The notes under the pieces are model-generated. The model saw nothing but the letters and a program-made list of their open reading frames with translations. It was not told where the DNA came from and did not search any database. Shown here one piece after another: positions 39,740 to 50,115 of a stretch of DNA of 64,000 bases. The DNA comes from the human T2T-CHM13v2.0 reference genome, Homo sapiens. A program made the translations under genes and the position numbers. Within the stretch, counting starts at the first letter, position 1, and each line of letters opens with the position of its first letter. The stretch is from assembly GCF_009914755.1 (NCBI RefSeq), contig NC_060947.1. One strand, 5' to 3'.

Positions 39740-40441
39740 TATTGCTCCAGAAATACCACCTTCTTTTCCCCCATCCACTCCCTCTGCCCTTTGCTGAGGA
39801 AAAAACACCAACCATGCTCCAAACATGGCCCATCACCATCTCAATCACTTTGGGTGAACTTTGGCCTACATGCAGGGCTCCTTTCAGCAAAGTCTGGCCT
39901 CTGCAGGGTCCTCTTCACCTGCCTTCATGACAAAGAGAGAAACAGCCCCCTTCAGCTGTCCTATGAATAGACTGGAACTTATCACATCCCTAACCCCGCC
40001 TTTAGCATGGGAGGATGGTGGAGCCCTCAGAGAAGAGATGGAGACTGGGCACACAGTAGGATCCAAGCCTACCCCTTGCCCTCTACAAGACATTTCCACT
40101 TGGGTGTTGTCATGGTTCACTCCAAGGGCAGCTTGACCACGAGGTCAAAGGTGACCAGCATCCCAGAGGCCACTGGGGTGAACTAGAGTAAGGTGAACGT
40201 AGAATTTCAGGACAGTGGGAATGATGCCCTGGCTCTTCTCACATGGCAGTCCTGGAGGGTCCCGGCAGGGATAAGTCAGACAGGAGGGGAGCCAGGTGCC
40301 ACCCCAAACACACGTGTCCTCCTCATACCTGGCCAATGTCAATCTCTGGACAGCTTCCCTCAGAAGGTTAGAGGTGGAAAACACACAGAGTTGTGCATGC
40401 TGTTGAGGACTCTTGTGAGTCATGGGGGTGCAGAAGATGGG

Positions 40442-40939
40442 TGTGAAATGAAAACAAATATTGGGACCCCAAAATCACTAAGCTAAAGGGAAAAGTCAAC
40501 CTGGGAACTGCTTAGGGGAAATCTGCCTCTCATTCTATTCAAAGTCATCCCTTGAGGTTCACTTGAGACAAATGAGTATCTGATTGCTTCCTCTCCCCTA
40601 TCATTTATGTAAAAATGCAGATTCTCTGAGCCAGACTACATTGTGTATTCAGTGGAAAACTTATCGAGGGCTCAAAAGAATGCAACCTTTTGTTGCTTAT
40701 CTACTTCTAACCTGGAAGTCCCCACTTCTTGTTGTCCCACCTTACTGGACCAAACCAATGTACATGTTACACATATTGACTGATGTCTCTGTAAACTGTC
40801 TAAATGCAAACTGTACCCCCGACCACATTGGGCACATGTCTCAGGACTCCCTGAGGCTTTGTCATGGGCACGTTCTTAACCTTGGCAAAATGAACTTTGT
40901 AAATTGACTGAGACCTGTCTCAGATATTTTGTGTTCACC
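40442..40939 (+). mobile_element. Solo ERV1 LTR, MER4A/MER4A1-like, inserted in the inverted array
   Basis: Starts TGTGAAA..GGGACCCCAAAATCACTAAGCTAAAGGGAAAAGTCAA and ends GAGACCTGTCTCAGAT..TTCAC. It splits the monomer sequence AGATGGG|CAAGACCCAAG, with an imperfect 4-bp TSD TGGG/TAGG. Family recognised from memory. Confidence 0.85.
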
Positions 40940-42329
40940 TAGGCAAGACCCAAGTGTTACTATATCCTTCCCCACACATACCCTGTAACAGAAACGCTAT
41001 GGCAACCATGTTGCAGCAGCTAAACGCAAGACCACCACCAACTATGCTGCAGGAACACAGTGACCAAGAACGCTACTCTCAGTATAAGACAGAGGAAACA
41101 GAAGAAACAGACTACACCCAAGCTCCTACCTCTCTGGTCCCCTTTGGGCTCCTTGACACCCACACACTTCTCTTTTGGATTTTCCATGAGATGTTTTTTT
41201 CTTTGTCTCTGTCTCACTCTTGTTCTTCCTCTCTCTCTGTTTCTACCCATCAGCCAAATGCTGTTTTGTCATCTTCCTCTCCTGCTCTATGTATTTGTCT
41301 GTGTGTTTTAAACTCTCTAAGATGTCATGTAAATGTATTCCTCCACAATTATAAAACATGAAACTGAACAAGTGAGAAATTGTACAGGTAGGCTGAGAGG
41401 CAGCAAGATAAATGCTCAAAAGCCCAAGGCCCCATGCCACATCTTCCACTTCTACCACCACTACCCCGGGGAATTTCCTTCTTGGTCCCAGAAGCCAAGG
41501 TGAGGCAAGTGACAGTTGAATGTCGTCCTGTTGGTCCTGGGAACTTCGGCACATGTTCAATGGCAAAAGTGCATTGAGGTGGGAAGGTAAATGGAAATCT
41601 CTGTGTGTACTGGCATGCACAGTGACAGGCGAGGTTGACGGAAGGCCCCCAGGAAGAAATGAGCACCAGGAAGATGGCCAAGCTCCAAGACAACCTCTGA
41701 GATATGGACACAACAAGAGAGGGTCACATCGGGGGAACGATATCTAAGAGTGGCTGGGCCTGGCCTTGCGTCCACCTCATCAAGCACAGTCTGGGTCTGG
41801 GCCCCGCAGGATTCCATGTGGTCCATCTTCCCTAGGATGGAGGAACACCCCAGCACCAGCCACCAACAGAGCCAATGGCCACAGTTAGGACTCACTGCTG
41901 GGAGTGGTCCCTCCTCACTGGCATGTAGTGTGGCCAAGAGAGCCTCCCGGGGCCAAGGACCCAGCTAGGCCGTCACCCCTGTTGCTACCAAGGGAAGGGG
42001 CACCAGGCAAACTGCCCATGCCCCTGAGCCCAGGCTCCTTGGCCAAGGTCTCTGCTAGTCCCGCCCAGATCATGGCCACCACCAGGCTCCCGAGCCATGG
42101 CTTCTTCTACAGGACCGGCGAGGCATCCTCATTGTCCAGCTCATCCTGGCATCTATCCTTGGGGCTTCCACGGCCCCATGTGGACATAGGCCCCACTTCC
42201 CTCGAACCTCCAGAGAGCTCAGATCCATCCAGGCACCAGCCCTAGTCCTGCCTGGTCCCCTACAGCACTCCCAAGCCACTGCTCCCCAGGTAAGCACAGG
42301 GAATGGTACACGGGATTGCCAGACAAGTT

Positions 42330-42343
42330 CCTCTTGATGGCAG
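42330..42343 (+). promoter_or_regulatory. Candidate CTCF motif in inverted copy
   Basis: CCTCTTGATGGCAG, exact; lies in an 84-bp block matching the array at 81/84. Confidence 0.6.
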
Positions 42344-45300
42344 TATTGCTCCAGAAATGCCCACTTGCCCTTCCTCCAGGTCCACTCCCTCCGCCCTTTG
42401 CTGAGGAAATAAACACCAGCCATGCTCCAAACATGGCTGATCACCATCTTAGCAACTTTCACCCAGCACTGAGCCACCTGCAGGAGACTGGCCTCAGTAG
42501 GGACCTCTTAGCCTGCCTTCCTGACAAACAGGAAAGCAGTCCCCTTGGACCACCCTAGGGATGGCCACAACCTAACCCCATCCCTAAGTACTCCTTTAGC
42601 ATGGAAGGGTGGTGGAGTCCTCAGTGAAGAGAAGGAGATTGGGCACACAGCAGGACACGAGCCCAGCCCCTTCCCTACAGGAGACATTTGCACTTGGGCA
42701 TTCTCATAGGTCACTCCAAAACCAGCTTGACCACGAGGTCAAAGGTGACCAGTGTACCACTGGGTCCTGGAACTCAAACTTCAGGTGAATATACAACTCT
42801 AGGATAGCGGGACCAAGCCCACGGCCCTTCTTACATGGCAGCCATGGCAAGGGGGTTGGGAGGGAGAGCCCAAGCTAGCCTAGGTCAGACAGGAGGGGAG
42901 TTAGGTTCCATCCCAAACACACCTGTCCTCCTCACACCTGGCCTACATCAACCTCCCGACAGCTCTGCCCAGAAGGCTGGACATAAAAAACACAGAGAGG
43001 TGTGCATGCCATTGAGGACTCATGCGTGCTATGGGGGAGTGGTAGATGGGCAAGACCCAAGTCTTCTGATCTTCCTCCCTACACATATTCTGTGACGGAA
43101 ACCCTATGTTGACCTCGTCGGAGCAGTCAAGGCGGGGGCAAATGCCTGACGTCTGCTGTAGGAACACAGTGACATTGAATGCTATTCTCAAGACAGAGGA
43201 AAAAGAAGGAACACACTACTCCAAGCTTCTACCTCTCTGGCCCCTTCCGGACTCCTTGACCCCTACGCACTTCCCTTTGGGATTTTCCATGACAGGTTTT
43301 TCCTTCTCTGTCTCTTCCTTTTTCTACTGTGTGCTCTCTCTCCTCCTTTCTTTTGAGCCACCCCCAGGCCCAATGTTCTCTCGTCCACTTCTACTGGGGC
43401 CCGCTTCCTCTCCTGCTCTGTCTCTGTGTGGTTGTTTTTTTTTTGACTGTCCAGGACTTCCTGTCAATGTGTGCCTTTAAGATGATAAGAGATGCAACTG
43501 AACGTGTGAGAAATCGTGCAGGTAGGCTGAGAGGTGGCAAGAGAAATGCTCAAGAGCCCAAGACCTGGTCCACTCCCTCCGTTTCTACCACCACCCCCAG
43601 CCCGGGGACCTTCCTTCTTGGTCCCTGAAGCCAAGGTGAAGCATGTTTAAGTTGAATGTCACCCCGTTTGTCCTGGGAACACCAGCCTGCACTAAACAGC
43701 AATAGTGCATTGCAGTGGAAGGTGAATGTTTGGTTGGTAGTCTGTGCACACGGGGATGGAGGGGCATGCTTATACACGTGGCTTGCTCTCTCGCTGGATT
43801 CAGGAGGAATGGAGGACCATGTACCCTGAGGACCATTTCTAATTTTGGTACTCCAAACTGGGCACTATGCTTCCAAGAATTCAGACCTCAGAGGCCCATC
43901 ACCTCCTTATGCCTTCATTGAGTCCTACCAGAAAACAGCTTATCCCACCTGTAACTTCGATAGCATCCTCTAGGTCCCTTTGCACTCCTGAATTCTGCGA
44001 AAGGGTGCTGATCCTTACCTTTTGGACACGAGCCCCTGTTCACCTGGGAGACTCCTGAACACATTCAGAAAGGCCAGAATTCCCTGGGAGATGGCCCAGT
44101 CCCCTGCTGTACCAGACCGTGTTCTGCAAAAGGACACATCCTCCAAGCCTCATCCGTAAAACCCATGTGGGGCTTGGCCTGATTCTACTTCAGAGACCCA
44201 CTTGAGGAGAGGCAGGGTGATGCTGCCTGGGTGCACCTCAGCAGACCCTTCTGGCACATAGCAGGCTGTCCCCACACCGAGTCTGAAGGGTCCTTCCTTC
44301 TGGGTGCTCTTGGCTTCCCATACTTTAGCAGACCTAGGAAGGCCCTGGTCCCACCCAGCTGTCACCCAGATAGTCTCCATTTTGCCACGTTTGCCACTCA
44401 ACCCACTGGTTGGTCCCCTTCTTGTCAATGGGCCTGTGCACCCCCAAAGACAGATGGGGTCAAAAGAAGGCTCCCAGGCAGAAATGAGCACCTTGGGGGA
44501 ATGGCCCAGCTCCATGACAAACTCTGGGATGTGGACAAAACAAGAGAGGGTCACATTGGGAGTGCAGTGTCTCAGGGTGGTTGGGCCTTGCCTTGCATCC
44601 ACCTTCTCAAGGACAGCTTGGCTATGGGCCCCACAGGATCCCACACCAACCATCTTCCTCCTTGGATGGAGGAACGCCTGGGTGCAGTTCAGCACCATCA
44701 CCAGTGGCCACAGAACGCAGCGCTAGTAGTGGCCCCTCCTCACTGGCATGCAGCGTGGCCAAGAGAGTCTTCCAGGGCTGTAGACCCAGCTAGGCATCAC
44801 CCTCGTTGCTCCCAGGGGAAGGGGCACAAGGCAAACTGTCCAGGGCTCTGAGCCGATGCTCCTTGGCTGAGGCCTCGCTAGGCCCACCCAGATAATGACT
44901 GCCACCAGGCTCCCCAGCCATGGCTTCCTGTATGAGTTGCACCAGGAATCCTGGCTGTCCAGCTCATCCTGGAACCTACCACGTGGTCAAAGGCTACCAG
45001 CATCCCATTGGCCCCTAGGGTGTGGCACTAAAACTTACAATCCCAGTATAGAAGGACTGAGCCCCTGGCTTTTCTCACACAGCAGCCCTGGTAAGGGGGT
45101 GGGGGAGAGCCCAAGCCAGAATAGGTCAGACGGGACCAAATTGAAAGCCAGGAGCCACTCCAAGCACACCTGTCCTTCTAACACCTGGCCTATGTCAACC
45201 TCTGGAGAGCTCTCCCCAGAAGGCTTCTCTACAGAGGAGTGCAAGTTGTTGAGGACTTGTGTGTGCTATGGGGGAGTGGTAGATGGTCAAAACCCAAGTG

Positions 45301-47357
45301 TTCTGATCTTCCTCCCCACAAAAATTCTGTGACGGAAACCTTATGGTCACCGTGTTGGGGCAGTGAAGGCGCGGGCAAATGCCTAATTTGTGCTGCAGGA
45401 ACACAGTGACATTGAACGTTGTTCTGAAGACAGAGGTAACAGAAGAAACACAGTAATCCCAAACTGCTACCTCTCTGGCCCCTTCTGGACTCCTTGACCC
45501 CCACACACTTCTCTGAGATTTTGCACATTTATTTCTCTATCTCTGTCTCTTTTCTACTGCGTGCTCTTTCACTCTCTATTTCCACCCCCAGGCTCACTGC
45601 TCTTTGGTCCACTCCCACTGGGGCCTGCTTCCTCCCCTACTGTCTCCGTGTTTGTGTTTCTTTTACTATCCAGGACTTCCTGCCAACGTGCCTTTAAAAC
45701 TGTAAGAGATGCAATTAAATGTGTGAGAAATCATGCAGGTAGGTTGAGAGGTGGCGGAAAAAAAATGCCCAAGAGCCCAAGGCCTGTGCCACCTCCTCCA
45801 CTTCTACCACCACCACCTTGGTGAACCTTCCTTCTTGGTCCCCAAAGCCAAGGTGAGTCAAGTCCTAGTTGAATGGCATCCCGTTGGTTCTGGGAACATA
45901 GGCCCCTACTCAACAGCAAGAGTGCATACAGGTAGAATTTGAATGTCTGTTTGGATGGCAGTCTCTGTGCACATGGACAGGGAAGGGCACACCAATCCAC
46001 ATGGCTTGCTCTCTCGCTGAATTCATGTGGAAGGGAGGACTATGTGTCTTTCAAGACCTTTTCCACTTTTGGTCCTCTGCTTCCAGAATTCAGGCCTCAG
46101 AGGCCCATCACCTCCTTATGCATTTTTCAGTCCTACCAAAGAAACAGTACATTCGACTTGTCTTCTCAAGAGGGTCCTCTAGGTCCCTTTCCACTCTTGA
46201 ATTCTGTGAAGCAGTGCAGATCCCCACCTTTGGACACAAGCCCCTCTTCACTTGGTAAACTCCTGAACACACTCAAAAGGGCCAGAATGACCCAGGAAAT
46301 GGCTCGATCCTCTGCTTTACCTGACCATGTCCTGCAAAGGGGTGCATCCTCCAAGCCTCATCCCTGCACCCAATGTTGGTCCTGGCCCAATTGAACCTCA
46401 GAGACCCTGAGTAGGGCAGGGGGTTGCTGCCTGAGCACCCCAGTAGACCCTTCTGGCATACAGCAGGGTGTCCCCAGGCTGAGCCCAACAGGTCCTTCTG
46501 TCTGGATGGCCTTGGCTTCCCAGATTTTAGCAGGCCTAGGAAGGCCCTGATGCTACCCAGCTGATGCCCAGAAAGTCTCCATTTTGCCATGTTTGCCACC
46601 AAACCCATTGGTTTGTATGCTTCTGATCACAGTGCAAGGCCTTCACAACCCCAAGACATATGGGGTTGATGGAAAGCCCCCAGGCAGAAATCAGCACCAT
46701 GGGGAATGGCCTGGCTCCAAGAGAAACTCTGGGACATGGATACAACAAGGGAGTGTTGCATGGGAGGGGTGCGTGGTGTCTCGTGGTGGTTGGGCTTGGC
46801 CTTGCGTCCACCTTGTCAAGGACACTCTGGGTATGAGCCAAGATCCCACGTGACCCATCTTCATTCCTAGGATGGAGGAATACCCCAGCGCTGGCTACCA
46901 CTGGTGCCAATGACCACCGAACTCCAGCACTGGGAGTTGCCCCTCAGCACTGGGGTGCACTGCAGCCAAGGGACCCTCCCGGGGCCAAGGACCCAGCTAG
47001 GCCATCACCCCCATTGCTCCCATAAGAGGCACCAGGCAAACTACCCATAGCCCCAAGCTGATGCTCCTTAGCTGAGGCCTCTGCTAGTCCCGCCCAGATC
47101 ATGGCCACCACCAGCCTCCTGAGACATGAAATCCTTTAGGGAACTTGCCAGGAATCCTGCCTGTCCATCTCATTCTGGCACCTTTCTCTGGGCCTTTCAC
47201 AGCCCTATTCAGCCATGGGCCCCTCTTCCCTCAGGCTTCCAGAGAGCTCAGATCCATCCAGGCACTGGACCTCATCCTGCCTGGTCCCCCATAACACTCC
47301 CAAGCCAATCCTCCCCAAGCAACCACAGGAAGGGTGAGCATGATTGCCAAACAGCTT

Positions 47358-47371
47358 CCTCTTAATGGCAA
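47358..47371 (+). promoter_or_regulatory. Degenerate CTCF-like motif
   Basis: CCTCTTAATGGCAA; two changes, probably non-functional. Confidence 0.25.
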
Positions 47372-50101
47372 TATTGCTACAGAAATGCCCACCTGCCCTT
47401 CCCCCAGGTCCACTCACTCTGCCCTTTGCTGAAGAAAAAATGCTAACCATGCTCCAAACATGACTGTTCACCACGTTGTCTACCTTGTGTAAGCTGTGGC
47501 TCACCTGTGGGGCCCTGCCCTGTCCTGGGGAGACTGGCCTTGGTGGGGACTTCTTAGCCTGCCTTCCTGACAAACAGGGATTTGGTCCTCTTTGACAGCC
47601 CTAGGGATGAACCCGAGCTAACCATATCCCTAACTATGTCTGTAGTATGGGAAGATGGAGTTCCCAGGGAATAGATGGAGACTCAGCACAGAGTAGGATC
47701 TGAGCCCACCCCTTACCCCCCCAGGAGACATTTCCAGTTGGGCATTATCACAGGTCATTCCAAGGCCAGCTGGACCATGAGGTCAAAGGCCACCAGTGTC
47801 CTATTGGCTCCTGGGGGTTGGGAGTAAAGAATCAGGTGAATATGCAGTTCCAGGATAGGGGGACTGAGTCCTGGGCTCTTCTCATGTGGTAGACCTGGGT
47901 GTTCTCATGTGGTAGCCCTGGGAGTCAGACAGGAGGGGAGTCATGTGTCACCCCAAACACTTGCGTCCTAGTCACACCTCGCCTATGATAATCTCTGTAT
48001 AGCTTTTTCCAGAACACTTCGGGTAGAAAACACACAGAACTGTGCATGCTGTGGAGGACTCATGTTTGCCATTGTGGAGTGGTAGATGGGCAAGAAGCAA
48101 GTGTTCTGATCGTCCTCCACATAAATGTTTTGCACTGGAAACCGTATTGCAACCATGTTGGGGCAAATTAGATGTGGGCATACCCCCAACATGTGCTGCA
48201 GGAACACACTGTCCAGAAACACTGCTCTGAAGATAAGACAGAGGACACAGCAAAAATGGATTACACCCAAGCTGCTACCTCCCTGGCCCCTTTCCATTTC
48301 TTTGACTTCTACATACTTGTCTTTAGGGTTTTTATGACATAATTTTTTTTTCTTTTTCTGCTCTCTTTCTCCCAGTCGTTAGCCCTCTCTTTCACCCTTT
48401 TGTCTTCTCTACCTTTATCTGTTTGTGTTCCTTTTTGTCTCCAGAACTTCACATCAATGTAGTGCTCCCAAACTTTGGCAGTTGCAACTGATCGTGTGAT
48501 AAATCATTCAGGCCAAGTGAGAGACAGTAAGAGAAATGCAAAAGAGCCCATGGCCTGTGACACTACTTCCAGTTCTACCACCCACCCGGGGGAACTTCCT
48601 TCTTGATCCCCAAAGGCAAGTTGAGGCAAGTAACAGTTGGATGTCACCCTGTTTATCCTGGGAACATTGGCCTGCAGTCAACAGCAGAAGTGCATTTTTA
48701 GGTGGAAGATGAATGTCTGGATAGCAGTCTCTGATGGAGAGGCACATGTGTCCACATGGATCTCTCTCTGAATTCAGGTGGAATGAAGGAATCTGTTCTA
48801 TTTGGGAACTTTTCTGCTACTGGCACTTCCAAGAGGAGAAGCTTCTCCCAAAGTTCCAGGCTTGGAGGTTCATCCTCCCATTATCTTTACATTCTGTGTC
48901 ATGCCAAGGAAAGAAGACATGCCACCTATTACCTTGAGAAGTTCCCGTAGGTCCCTTACTATTCTTAAACTCTACAAAGTGGGTGTGACCCCCATCCCTG
49001 TGCATGCTCCTTTGTTAACTTTGGCCACTCATTCTTCACATTCTTGAAAGCGCCAGAACCCACCAATAAATGGCCGGGTCCTCTGCTTAACCAGATTGTT
49101 TCCTGCAAAGCGACATGTCCTCCAAGCTTCAATCTCACATGCCATGTTGGATCTGGCCTAATTCCACCTCCAATACAGAGGAGGCATGGAGATGTCTGGG
49201 TTAATGTGCCAGGTCATAGCACCATTTACAGCGTTTTCTGAGTGTACCCCAGCAGTCCTTTCTGGCATGTAGCAGGCTCTCTCCACAAGAAGCCCAATTG
49301 GTTCTTCCTTCTGCATGCTCTTGGCTTCCTGGACTTCAGAAGGCCAAGGAAGACTCTCTTCCCTCCCAGTTTAAACCTAAACATGGCAAGGACCTGGGAA
49401 CTCCCCAAAGAACAGGAGGGAGCCTTGGAAGGTTCCAAAACAGAAACGAGCACAGGTTCCAAGACAACCATCTGATCCTTTGAGACATAGACACAACAAA
49501 TGAGGTCCTCAGGGGTGCATAGTATCTCATGGTGGCCAGGCCTGGTGTTGCCTCAATCTCATCTAGTAAAGTCTGGGTTTAGGCCCCACAGGGCCCCAGA
49601 CAGCACATCTTCTTCTTTAAGATGGTGGACCATCCCAGCACTGGCCATCTCAGGCACCAATAGCCAAAGAATTACAGTGCTGGGAGTGATCTTTCACTAG
49701 GGTGCACTATGGCCAAGGGAGTCTCTCAGGGCCTGGGACCCACCTAGGCCTTCCCACCCATTGTTCCCAGGGGAAAGGGAACCAGGCAAAATGCCCATGG
49801 CCTTGAGATGGGGCTCCCTGGTGGAGGCCTTTGCTAGTCTTGCCCAGACATGGCTGCCACCAGCCTCTTGAGCCACAGCTTTCTGTATGGGACCCGCCAG
49901 GTGTCCTGGATGTCCAGCTCTTTTTGACACCTGTCCCTGGAGTTTCCAGAACCTGAACAGGTCATGAGCCATGCTTCCCGCATGCCTCTGGATAGCTTAT
50001 ATGGGCAGAGCTCCTAGTCTTGCCTGAATCCTGACAGTACTACCAAGCCACTCCTCCCCAAGCAACCACAGGGAAGGGTGATTGTGATTGCCATACATGT
50101 T

Positions 50102-50115
50102 CCTCTTGATGGCAG
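50102..50115 (+). promoter_or_regulatory. Candidate CTCF motif in the last inverted copy
   Basis: CCTCTTGATGGCAG, exact, although the surrounding copy is strongly diverged and homology ends ~40 bp later. Confidence 0.55.

Noticed and set aside
36483-47573. Apparent conserved peptide family (FLLMAVLLQKCP.. / HFWSNTAIKRN) in flank ORFs
   Set aside because: Conserved equally on both strands and embedded in frameshifted contexts; this reflects nucleotide-level conservation, not coding constraint.
47879-47922. 23-bp-period duplication TTCTCATGTGGTAG.CCTGGG
   Set aside because: Local tandem duplication within a decayed copy.
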